Below are positions 12,710-24,592 of a stretch of 64,000 nt of DNA, in pieces. The position numbers were made by a program, and so were the translations under genes. The notes beneath the pieces were generated by a model that saw only the letters and a list, made by a program, of their open reading frames with translations, was not told the DNA's origin and did not search any database. The DNA comes from Macrostomum lignano (Eukaryota). The stretch is from positions 124,001-188,000 of the forward strand of contig NIVC01002252.1 in NCBI GenBank assembly GCA_002269645.1, given 5' to 3'. Position 1 is the first letter of the stretch. Every line of letters begins with the position of its first letter.

Positions 12710-14325
12710 TGTAAAAAGTTTTGTTGGCAAAATTCATGAATAAAATTTAGATGAACTATTTTATAAAGCTTTCTATATATATAGTTTATAGAATATGCTA
12801 TGGTCATAGCAACTTCTCTGTAAAAACATATTTGCAAACCATATAAAAATATTAACATACTAAAGTCAACTTTTCATTTAAAAGAATTTAAATTATAGCT
12901 TCAATTCAAGCTTAAGGTCTTATTTATAAAAGACAAAGAAGTACATATAACATAAAATTTTTAGAATATAAAATTTTTATAAGCTGTGCCTAATATAGTT
13001 TTAGATGAAAAAAAATTTGTTAATATATATTAGGCTTTTTGGGCTTAAATGCAATATCACTAAGTGGTTATTATCTTATTCTTAGCAACTATAAACATAT
13101 AATAAAAATATTTATTCTGTAAAAATATTTATTTTATAAAAAATTGATATTAGCTACATACCTTGACTATATTATAAATATAAAGTTTTAGACTTAGCAA
13201 TAGTATGTATTTGTTTATTGATAAAAATATTTTTATATAAAATAATAGGGGGCCTATAAAAATCATTATTAATTAAGGAACTAATATTTCAATTTGCTTA
13301 AACATATTTATAAAACATAGGCCTAGAGGTATTGTGCAAATAAAAAATGTACCAATTTTGTTTTGAAAAAAGATATGATTTAGTTTCGCAATTTATTTAA
13401 CAACAAAAATAATTTTTCATTATTTAGATTAATAGTAATACTATTTATAATATTTAAACAAATATATATTTGTTTATTTGTCTTCTATATTATACTTTTT
13501 AATGAAGAAAGACTTGTTTAGAATGGACCTATAAAAGGAAATTATATAGCCATATGGGTATTCCTATAGATGCTATACTGTTATCTATTTTGTAGCCTTA
13601 GAAACATAATTCAATTAGATTGGGCCTAAATGCTAAAATACTATACTAAATAATATGTTTAGTAACTTTAAGTTTAGGAATTTTGTTAAAATTTGTCAAA
13701 TTAAAGTTTTAATCAGTCCCTATTTCTATGAGTTCATAATGATGAGAAAACATGTCTACAACAATGAGTATGAATCATGATTGATTAGGTGATCACTGAT
13801 TATTAGGCCTTCTTGTTTCCTTTCCTAATCTCTGCCTTCCTCAGGTTAGCTTGCATATCTCATTATTTTTACAGTAAATACCATAGGTTGAATGCCTTTG
13901 TCGTGGTATGCTATATATATTACAATATATATATTTTTTGCATAAGCTTTATGCTCAGGCAAAAACACTTTGTTCATTGGCCAACCTAGCCAGAACTGTA
14001 TATTTTCAATTGCTTCGTAGAAAGTGCAAAAAGTTGAAAAGTTGGAAATATTTACTAATGTCCCCAAAAAATATTTAATTTAATTTTGACAAAGAAATTA
14101 TATCATGGAAAAATTTTATTCAACGCTTTTGTATTCTAAAGGATACTAATTTTTAAGAATTTTTTCTTTTCTTTTTGTTATACTCAGTTTGCGCGATAAA
14201 GCATGCACACTTTAATTAAATTGTATAAATCCAATTATAGTGTTCACCTAAAATACAACGGTCAGAAAAAGATACAATTACTTAATACTAAACTCGAACA
14301 TAGTCCCTAGGATTTTAAATACCAA

Positions 14326-16658
14326 ATGCGGCTTGTTTACTTCATAATATTGTTTGCATTGGCGGCTGTCGTCGCTCTGACCGCCTCGGATGAATCAAAA
14401 GCGACTGGTGGAGATCCCTCTGCGAATTCGAAGGAAGAGAAGAAGGAAGAACTAAATGAATTCGATCGACAGCATGAAGAGGCTGGAATCTTGGTTTTGA
14501 CGGATCAAAACTACGAAGAAGTAATTAAGTCATATCCAGCAATGTTAATTAAGTTTTGTAAGTTATTGTGCATATTATAATATACATGTTGTGGTCCATA
14601 ATATTGTTATGATATTGTAATATTTACCATGATTTTTAATTTACAAATAGTCAAAAGTTTCGAACATCACTTAAATTAAATATATGAATGTTAAATAAAT
14701 ATTGAATGGTATTTTATTTGTACAAGTACGTCCATCTGATCAAGTTGATGAGCTACGAGCGTAGAATGAAATGTATTAAACCTAACACGTTCAATTGCCA
14801 TAATCTAATAAACTACTACAATGTAGCTACGAAATATCCCTCAGATCCCACTCGATAAACATGCATATTCCACATCTTTCAGACGCTCCGTGGTGCATTC
14901 ACAGCCGCGAGTTTGCTCCAGAATTTGTGAAGGCCGGCTTCATTCTCAAAGAAAAGAATTCCCCAGTCAGACTGGCTCGAGTCGACGCTTCTGTTGAAAA
15001 GAAGTTTGCCGAAAAGTACGACGTCAAAGGTTACCCAACGTTGAAGTTCTTTAAAGGCGACTTAGTCATTGACTACAACGGTGGAAAAACTGGTGAATCC
15101 GTTGTATCGTGGATTGAAACGAAGATGAAGCAGGCAACCACTGCTATTACGACTATCAAAGAGGCTGAAGAATTTACAACGGCTGATAGTGTCACCCTGT
15201 TAGGTCTGTTCTCAAAAGATAACTTCACAGAGATGTCCAAGCTTCTAGAAGATACTGCGTTTACTCGACTTAACGAAGTACCATGTGGTGTGACCGACAA
15301 CGAAGAACTGATGGCACACTACCAAGTTGCCAGGGACACCATCTTGATGTTTAAAAATGTTGACAAAGAACGTTTAAGTTATGAGGGGCCGTTCGATGTT
15401 GACAGTATCGCTGCGTTTGTTAAAGCAAACAAACTACCGCTGGTTGTCGAGTTCACCCACCACAGCGCCCCGGACATCTTTGGTGGCGACATCGCCAAAC
15501 ACGCGCTGCTGTTTGTCCGCAAGTCGCAGGAGCAACAGTTCAAATCTTCGTTCAGCCAGTTCCGCGAGTCAGCCAAGAGCTTCAAAGATCGCGTGATTTT
15601 CATCTACATTGACGTAGACAATGGCGACAACGAAAAGATCTTGCAGTTCTTCGGCGTCAAACCGTCGGATCCGCCGTCAGTCAGGGTGATTGCCCTGGAC
15701 AGGAACATGTCCAAGTTTCGACCAACTTTTGAAAGCGTCACTACCGAAGGGGTCACCGAGTTTGTCCAAGACGTGCTGGACAATAAGATTGATCCGCATC
15801 TTGCTTCGCAGGAACTGCCTGACGACTGGGACAAGGAGCCGGTGAAAGTTCTAGTTAGAAAGAACTTCGACGAAGTGACGATGGACCAAAACAAGACAGT
15901 CTTTGTCATGTTCTACGCTCCCTGGTGCGATCACAGCAAGGAGCTGGCGCCGGTGTGGGAGCAGCTGGCTAAGGACTATGCTCACAACGACACGATTATG
16001 ATTGCCAAGATGGACAGCTCAGAGAACGAGCTGCCGGACATGAAGGTCATGAGCTTTCCAACGCTGAAACTGTTCCCAGCGAACTCTAACGACGTCATTG
16101 ATTACTATGGAGTTGATCGTAAGCTGGAAAGTTTAAAGATTTTCCTCGACTCCAACGGCAAAAAGCAACCGGTGAGCGTTCTTAACTACGAGTATATCGT
16201 ATCATAACTTTTACTGCAAGGAAGTAAAACTTATGTATATATACGTTTCTTTTAGACATCCTTGGTAGGGGGTTGTAGCCTAGCGGTTAGAGCGTCGGAC
16301 TCACGACTGTACGGTCGGGGGTTCGATTCTCGACCCTCTCGGAAAAATTTCTTTGACCAAGACACTTCTTTCTGCATTGCTTCAGTTCACTTAGCTGGGG
16401 TAGTTGAGGGTGTGTGTGGTGACCCCCAGTCCTTGGACTGAACAGCCGTAGCTATTAGACTTCTTAAGATTTGTTTTAAACTGTATTGAACAAATCTAAT
16501 GCAAATTTCAGGGAATTAACGACTTCAAAGAGCCAAATGAGCCTGGAAACAACGAGGATTCTGACAAGACCAAAGATGAAGAGGAGAAGTCGGATAAAAC
16601 AGACGATGAAGGGGAGGTGAAGTCAGAGGAAGACACCGACGCCAAGCAAGAGTTGTAA
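14326..16658 (+). CDS. Protein disulfide isomerase family protein (a-b-b'-a', P4HB-like) with WCIHS and WCDHS sites and C-terminal KQEL; exons 14326-14557, 14883-16171, 16512-16658
   Basis: Signal peptide, FYAPWCxH motifs, YPTLKFF/FPTLKLF, acidic tail ending KQEL*. Introns are GT-AG and phase-consistent. Confidence 0.93.
16268..16460 (+). mobile_element. tRNA-derived SINE-like element in PDI intron 2
   Basis: A box TAGCCTAGCGG and B box GGTTCGATTC in a tRNA-like head (16268-16342) with poorly paired stems, then a CORE-like segment (CTTTGACCAAGACACTT..GCTTCAGTTCACTTAGCTG). Confidence 0.65.
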
Positions 16659-16984
16659 AAATCGACAACGCAAAATCAGAGAGTCATCTTCATCGCTTGT
16701 TGAAGAGTGTTAACTTTTTGGATAAGTTACTCGTACAGCTAGGCTAGTAAAATTAACTTCCTAATGCTCTCTCTCTCTTTCTTCCTCACAAAAATTAATA
16801 AACTGTTCGCTATCGAAATGTTGCGCTGTAAATTGGCGAGCTCAAAGAGATATAAATTAGACCGATAGGGGGGAGATAGGAAGAGAGACCAGGGAGAGAT
16901 GGGGAGAGTAGAGATGAGAACAGGGAGAGATGAGGAGAGTAGAGATGAGATCAGGGAGAAGATGGAGAGAGTAGAGATGAGAAC

Positions 16985-17345
16985 AGGGAGTAGAGAGGAG
17001 ATCAGGTAGAGATGAGACCAGGGGGGGTAGAGAGGAGATCAGGTAGAGATGAGACCAGGGGGGTAGAGAGGAGATCAGGTAGAGATATGAGACCAGGGGG
17101 GTAGAGAGGAGATCAGGTAGAGATGAGACCAGGGGGGTAGAGAGGAGATCAGGTAGAGATGAGACCAGGGGGGTAGAGAGGAGATCAGGTAGAGATGAGA
17201 CCAGGGGGGTAGAGAGGAGATCAGGTAGAGATGAGACCAGGGGGTAGAGAGGAGATCAGGTAGAGATGAGACCAGGGGGGTAGAGAGGAGATCAGGTAGA
17301 GATGAGACCAGGGGGGTAGAGAGGAGATCAGGTAGAGATGAGACT
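16985..17345. repeat. Purine-rich minisatellite of about 36-38 bp (GTAGAGATGAGACCAGGGGGGTAGAGAGGAGATCAG)
   Basis: Tandem copies downstream of the PDI polyA signal (AATAAA near 16797). Confidence 0.92.
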
Positions 17346-17894
17346 TATTTTTAAATAGTGAGCATCTAAATTTAAACAAAATAAATTATACAAGGAGACA
17401 ATGGAAATATCAAAGGCTTATTAAGCAAAGCAAAATATTTCAATAGAGTATACTAAATACTTTACAATACAAATTGCTTCAAATCTATCGTAAGAGTAGC
17501 ATAAAATCTGTATACAAAACCTGAGAATGTGGTCAAACCCTTCTTGTATTGTGGTCCCATTCGCTTCTTGTGCTTGAGAAATTTAGCAGATGCTCCTCTG
17601 CTTGTACAATTTTGAGTTTCTGAAGAGGCGAACAAGCTAACGCTATAGACAATGGAGAAGCTAATGATAAAAGCATTTTTAAGATTATTCTTGTACGTGA
17701 CAATTTTTTGGGATTTTTAAATAATAGAACTCTGAATATCGAATAATTTTACGGCTTTGAGTATCTGATAGGGGAAATTAAACTGCTAACAGACCTGCAC
17801 CCCTTATCCGCCCCCTTATCCGCCCCATATGTCCGCCCTCTCATCCGTCATCTCATCCGCCCAAAGCTCCAACCCTCTTATCCGCTCCTAATGA

Positions 17895-18250
17895 TTCCAC
17901 CCCAACCCATCCGCTCCTAATGATTCCACCACAATCCATCCGCTCCTAATGATTCCACCACAACCCATCCGCTCCTAATGATTCCACCCCAACCCATCCG
18001 CTCCTAATGATTCCACCCCAACCCATCCGCTCCTAATGATTCCACCCCAACCCATCCGCTCCTAATGATTCCACCCCAACCCATTCGCTCCTAATGATTC
18101 CACCCCAACCCATCCGCTCCTAATGATTCCACCCCAACCCATTCGCTCCTAATGATTCCACCCCAACCCATCCGCTCCTAATGATTCCACCCCAACCCAT
18201 CCGCTCCTAATGATTCCACCCCAACCCATTCGCTCCGAATGATTCCACCC
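17895..18250. repeat. 29-bp minisatellite (CCGCTCCTAATGATTCCACCCCAACCCAT)
   Basis: Tandem copies. Confidence 0.95.
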
Positions 18251-18889
18251 CCATCCTCCCCCACCCACTGCGTCTGCGCTTTTTGTGATCTAAAACGTTC
18301 TAGGAAATCAGTTTGTTAGAGGAGTTATAAAAAGCTTACCATTCTACTTATTTGACTACAGAAGTAGTGCAATAAGATTTAAATTTTCTTAGATTTTTAG
18401 ATATTTAGATTTTTTCAGTTCAGTTTTTCAAAAACAAACAAGCTTTGAGTCTGAGCAGGATGGAGAAGTCTGTTGCAATTTCTCAAGATTGCCCAATCAA
18501 AGCAATTGAAATTTCCTGCATGCCCAAAGTAAACACCGGGGCTTACTCTGCAAATCCTAGGCTCATTTCAGAGCAAGCCGCCACCGCTTCCGTGCCTCCT
18601 TTGTAACCTTTGTAACCTGCAAGCCGTCTATCCCGAACGCTACTGAAGAAATAATTAACTTTTGTCCTTCTTTTCGTCTTCAGCCTAGTCTAGAAATTTC
18701 GGTTCACTAAAGGCCACCATTTTCTTCTTTTAATCAAGCAAATTAGAAAAAAGCCATCCTTTGATAAATAAGATCGGGAAAGCTAAAGAAGAAGCACGGA
18801 AGGACAACTTGAAACTACTTTATAGTTTTAAAAGTCATATTATAAACAGTACGTAATGTCCTTACGTGAAACTTAATATATCTACGCTC

Positions 18890-20150
18890 GTATCACGTGA
18901 CTTTACAATATCTATCACGTGATTATACAATATCTATCACGTGATTATACAATATCTATCAATTGACTATACAATATCTATCAATTGACTATACAATATC
19001 TATCAATTGACTATACAATATCTATCAATTGACTATACAATATCTATCAATTGACTATACAATATCTATCAATTGACTATACAATATCTATCAATTGACT
19101 ATACAATATCTATCAATTGACTATACAATATCTATCAATTGACTATACAATATCTATCAATTGACTATACAATATCTATCAATTGACTATACAATATCTA
19201 TCAATTGACTATACAATATCTATCAATTGACTATACAATATCTATCAATTGACTATACAATATCTATCAATTGACTATACAATATCTATCAATTGACTAT
19301 ACAATATCTATCAATTGACTATACAATATCTATCAATTGACTATACAATATCTATCAATTGACTATACAATATCTATCAATTGACTATACAATATCTATC
19401 AATTGACTATACAATATCTATCAATTGACTATACAATATCTATCAATTGACTATACAATATCTATCAATTGACTATACAATATCTATCAATTGACTATAC
19501 AATATCTATCAATCAATTGACTATACAATATCTATCAATTGACTATACAATATCTATCAATTGACTATACAATATCTATCAATTGACTATACAATATCTA
19601 TCAATTGACTATACAATATCTATCAATTGACTATACAATATCTATCAATTGACTATACAATATCTATCAATTGACTATACAATATCTATCAATTGACTAT
19701 ACAATATCTATCAATTGACTATACAATATCTATCAATTGACTATACAATATCTATCAATTGACTATACAATATCTATCAATTGACTATACAATATCTATC
19801 AATTGACTATACAATATCTATCAATTGACTATACAATATCTATCAATTGACTATACAATATCTATCAATTGACTATACAATATCTATCAATCAATTGACT
19901 ATACAATATCTATCAATTGACTATACAATATCTATCAATTGACTATACAATATCTATCAATTGACTATACAATATCTATCAATTGACTATACAATATCTA
20001 TCAATTGACTATACAATATCTATCACGTGACTAAACAATATCTATCACGTGACTATGCAATATCTATCACGTGATTATGCAATATCTATCACGTGATTAT
20101 ACAATATCTATCACGTGACTAAACAATATCTATCACGTGACTATGCAGTA
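18890..20150. repeat. 22-bp minisatellite (TATCTATCAATTGACTATACAA); terminal units carry CACGTG instead of CAATTG
   Basis: Near-perfect tandem copies. Confidence 0.97.
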
Positions 20151-20534
20151 TCACAAATTCACGAATCTAATATACATTTTTTGCATTCATTCAGGCCAAC
20201 TGAGTGCAGAATGTGGTCGCTGGGCGGCCGTCAAATTGTAAACTGCGTGACATGTCATGTCCGGGCATGCCATGACGTATGCACTTGACAGCCCCGGTTT
20301 GATGAGAGCCATCGTTAGGGCAGTTGATATCTTTCAGCTTGCTTAAACATGCGCTGGTTGGACCTCCGCGCATTGCGGTTGTGTCCCAATCCAACTAGGG
20401 ATTATCGGGGAACAGAGATTTAACTGTCCCACTAGCCAAACATTCCACTAGTAATGCATATACTTTGCATTTTTTTCAGATTATTCCACAGCTTTGTTGA
20501 TAATTGTTGCTCATAGATGATGTGACGGATTTTA

Positions 20535-21190
20535 ATGTGGCGCTGCATAATCTGGGAGTTGAGAGTGGCGCTGCCATAATCTGGGAGTTGAGAGTGGCGC
20601 TGCCGTAATCTGGGAGTTGAGAGTGGCGCTGCCGTAATCTGGGAGTTGAGAGTGGCGCTGCCATAATCTGGGAGTTGAGAGTGGCGCTGCCATAATATCT
20701 GGGAGTTGAGAGTGGCGCTGCCATATTCTGGGAGTTGAGAGTGGCGCTGCCATATTCTGGGAGTTGAGAGTGGCGCTGCCATAATATCTGGGATTCGAGA
20801 GTGGCGCTGCCATATTCTGAGAGTTGAGAGTGGCGCTGCCATATTCTGGGAGTTGAGAGTGGCGCTGCCATAATATCTGGGATTCGAGAGTGGCGCTGCC
20901 ATATTCTGGGAGTTGAGAGTGGCGCTGCCATATTCTGAGAGTTGAGAGTGGCGCTGCCATATTCTGGGAGTTGAGAGTGGCGCTGCCATAATATCTGGGA
21001 TTCGAGAGTGGCGCTGCCATATTCTGGGAGTTGAGAGTGGCGCTGCCATATTCTGGGAGTTGAGAGTGGCGCTGCCATAATCTGGGAGTTGAGAGTGGCG
21101 CTGCATAATCTGGGAGTTGAGAGTGGCGCTGCCATATTCTGGGAGTTGAGAGTGGCGCTGCCATATTCTGGGAGTTGAGAGTGGCGCTGT
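20535..21190. repeat. 28-31-bp minisatellite (CTGGGAGTTGAGAGTGGCGCTGCCATATT)
   Basis: Tandem copies; source of three overlapping repetitive ORFs. Confidence 0.95.
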
Positions 21191-21734
21191 ATCTACTAAC
21201 GGTTTGATTGACATCAGAATGAGGAGATTTGGGAGTGCCAGCATGTATAATGGGATCTCCTGTTACTATAGACTTGGCCCATCAGCGCAAACCAGTGGGA
21301 GATGCAAGGAAGCTTATTTGAAAATCAAAGTAGCAATCTACACAGATGCAAAGTTTAGCGCCAAAATTCAGTCTTGCCTCTTTGGCCAATGCAAAATGGC
21401 TCAAATGAAAGTCATCAAAGGCTTAGTCGAATTTTTGAGGATGCTACTGCGACTCGTGTTCCTCTTCTTCTACGAGCTACTTCAAATCTCTTTGGCGAAC
21501 AAGAGGCTGCATAGCAGGAAATTCTAAAAATAGAATGTCGCCGCATGGATAGCAGAGGAAGCACTTCTACTACAAAGACAAAGGTCCCTATCCTGACTCA
21601 GTTACGAGTATCTTGACTTTCACTGATTGATAAAATAGTTCTACATGTTACAATGACACAAGTTTCATTCGAGTAAGAGAGAGTAAGTAGAGAGTAAGTA
21701 AGAGAGTAAGTAGTAGAGAGGAAGTATAGAGCAA

Positions 21735-21950
21735 ATCACGTGACTAGAGTGTCTTTCGAGCAACAATAAAGTGTATATAACGTGACTTGACAAAAATTGT
21801 GGCACATGGCTATAGTGTTAACCACGTTCCTATACAGTGTTCATCATGTTACTATACATGTATAATATTCATCACGTGACTACAAAGTCTATCACGTGAC
21901 TATACAATGACCATCACGTGACTGTAGAGTCTATATCATGTAACTATACA
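21735..21950. repeat. Degenerate relative of the 22-bp CACGTG repeat, upstream of the SYT7-like gene
   Basis: TCTATCACGTGACTATACAAT matches the 18.9-20.1 kb terminal units; several decayed copies. Confidence 0.75.
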
Positions 21951-22364
21951 GAGACTATTACTCGTAAGTGACTTATTGACCCTATGTGCCTTAAACAAAA
22001 ACTTGATGAGCAAGTAAGAAAATCTACACAGAGAAGTAAGCATGTATTATGGTAGTGAAAATCAGCCTGGCAACCTGGTTCAGATTGAATAATACACGCG
22101 CATAATAATACTCATTTGCGGTCGAAACTTATCTGTTGCTTAATATCGCAGCATAATAATACGCTGCCTGACAGTGCCAGTGTTATCAAGGTTCTCACGT
22201 TTCGATAAACTCACCGTTGGTTCTTATTCTCTTACTATCTACTCGTAACTATCTTTGCGTAGGATAGATAATTCGTAGATACATATGTAGCTAGCGAGGA
22301 ACTTATTATTACTACAAAAAGGAGCCCAGTTCAAGAGCACATACTATACTCACAGCTCATAATC

Positions 22365-24159
22365 ATGGAGCAAACTCAAGCAGTGCTGGTTGTCGTGCTC
22401 TGCGCATTTGTTGCTGTACTTTTCATTCTGGTGCTGTCGTTTTACACGCCGCTGTGCGACGCCGGCCTTGGCTGCTGTTTTAAGAGGAGAAGACGCCGAT
22501 CGACAGCAGTTACTAGGAGAAAACAGTATCGAGCCAAGCGATCGATCTGTAGCTGCTTACCGTTGAGCTGTCAGTCAAGATGCTGCAGCAGCGGCACATC
22601 GAGCAGCGACAGCGACAGTCCAAGTGACGCCGCCGCTCAAAAGCAGCCGCCGCCGCCGCGACCGCCGCCGCCATCCTCGGTGCCGCCGTCGCCTCATTTG
22701 CTGCATCCACCACCGAGTCGGCCATCAAGTGTTCGAGTCGGCCTGTCGAATCCGAGCCTGGTGTCAACTCTCACCTCTGAGACCAAACCGGTTCAGCCAC
22801 CGGCTGCTGCTCCTGCTTCAGCTGCTCCTCCAGGTGCGTCTGGCTCTGCAGACAGCGCCCATCCAGCTCCGCCTATCGTCGGTGCAGTTGGCGTCGCCGC
22901 CGCTGACAACCCGGATGCCAACCAAGCTGACGCAGATGATCCGCTAATCCGCGACGAGTTAAACGACGAAGGTCGCGACCACGGATTGGGCCGGATTCGG
23001 TTCTCGTTGACCTACAATTGGACCAGCAGGCAGTTGAGCGTGAAAATTTGCGAGGCCAGAGGCCTGCCAGCGATGGACTTCCCGTTGGGAACTTCCGATC
23101 CCTACTGCAAGGTACGAGGATTTGCAAGGTTCTGAGCAGGATATTTGGGGCTTTACATCAGATGCTCTAATTTAGAGATTAGTGAAGATTCCAAAATAAA
23201 GGCCATGCTGTTCTTTAGGTTCTTTGTAGGTTTCTTAAGCCTTGCGGGAAACGTAAAATGGAACAACTGAGCCTTTGTAATGGAATCGTTAAAGAGCCGC
23301 ACAACCAAGACCGTCTTAAGAAGGCAGACTCCATAGGAATGGAAAAGGAAGCGTCTTGTTTTGTGTCGATCTTAATACCGGTAGATAATTGACCGAACGG
23401 CTGAATGCAGACTGTAGCTAAAGTGACAAAGGACAATGTTTTCTCAACCACAAATTACAGGTGAGCATCCTGCCTGACAAAGAAAATCGTGTGCAAACCA
23501 AAGTACGACCACGAAAACTGAATCCAACCTGGAATGAAGTATTTTTATTCGAGAATTTTCCCGGCGAACGCCTGCTAGATCGGACACTGCTAATCCAGGT
23601 GCTGGACTACGACAGGTTCAGTCGTGACGACCCCATCGGGGATGCGCAGTTCCCGTTGGTGTTTCTGCACACAGTCGACGGTGCTCGCCGATCGCTGACT
23701 CTTTGGCGCAATCTGCAGCCAAACCGGAAGACTCGCGGATTCGTTGGCGAACTGCTGCTAGCGTTGAGCTATAATCCGCATTCCAATCAGCTCAATCTGG
23801 TGCTGATGCGGGCAAAGGATCTCAAAGCGATGGATCTAAGTCGGACCTCCGATCCCTATTGCGTGGCCAAGCTGGTGCACAGCAAGACTAGAAGAGTTTG
23901 CCAGCGACGAAGGAGCACCGTAGTGCGTCGCTCGCTCTCGCCCCAGTGGAACGAGTCCTTTACCTTCGGCGTGCCTGCTGACAAAGTGCACGAGTATCAT
24001 CTTGAACTGGTGGTTAAGGACAAAGACTTTCTTGGCTCTGAAACTATTGGCAGGATTAGATTAGGTACCAGATCCTGTCCCAGCGAGACGGCTCACTGGA
24101 CTGAGGTGCTGAGCAAGCCGAGACAACAGGTGGCTCGTTGGCACACTCTCAAGCACTGA
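22365..24159 (+). CDS. SYT7: Synaptotagmin-7-like protein (N-terminal TM, Pro-rich linker, C2A, C2B); exons 22365-23111, 23461-24159
   Basis: TM helix plus Cys/basic cluster. LPAMDFPLGTSDPYCK|VSILPDK, LQVLDYDRFSRDDPIG, GELLLALSYNP and KPRQQVARWHTLK match recalled Syt7 motifs. Phase-0 GT-AG intron. Confidence 0.88.
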
Positions 24160-24510
24160 TTCATTCGAAAGCATGGGTACCTCGGTAATTGACAGCTGGG
24201 TGACTCAATCTCAAGCACTGATTCATTCGGAAGCACGTACCTCGGTAATTGACAGCTCGGTGACTCAATCTCAAGCACTGATTCATTCGGAAGCAGGTAC
24301 CTCGGTAATTGACAGCTCGGTGACTCAATCTCAAGCACTGATTCGGAAGCAGGTACCTCGGTAATTGACAGCTGGTTGACTCAATCTCAAGCACTGATTC
24401 GGAAACAGGTACCTCGGTAATTGACAGCTGGGTGACTCAATCTCAAGCACTGATTCGGAAACAGGTACCTCGGTAATTGACAGCTGGGTGATTCAATCTC
24501 AAGCACTGAT
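24148..24510. repeat. 60/56-bp tandem repeat beginning in the last SYT7 codons
   Basis: CTCAAGCACTGAT recurs at 24148, 24210, 24270, 24330, 24386, 24442, 24498. Confidence 0.95.
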
Positions 24511-24592
24511 GCAGAGAGTTTGCTAATGTAATTGCAGCTCATGCTGGTAATGTGACTCAAACTAGCAAAGAAGAATTACAGTATGCAAGGAA

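Noticed and set aside
16268-16342. Functional tRNA gene
   Set aside because: Acceptor, anticodon and T stems pair poorly and the sequence continues into a SINE-like body.
20535-21190. CTCF-site array (GTGGCGCTG)
   Set aside because: The upstream half of the motif (CCAS.AG) does not match.
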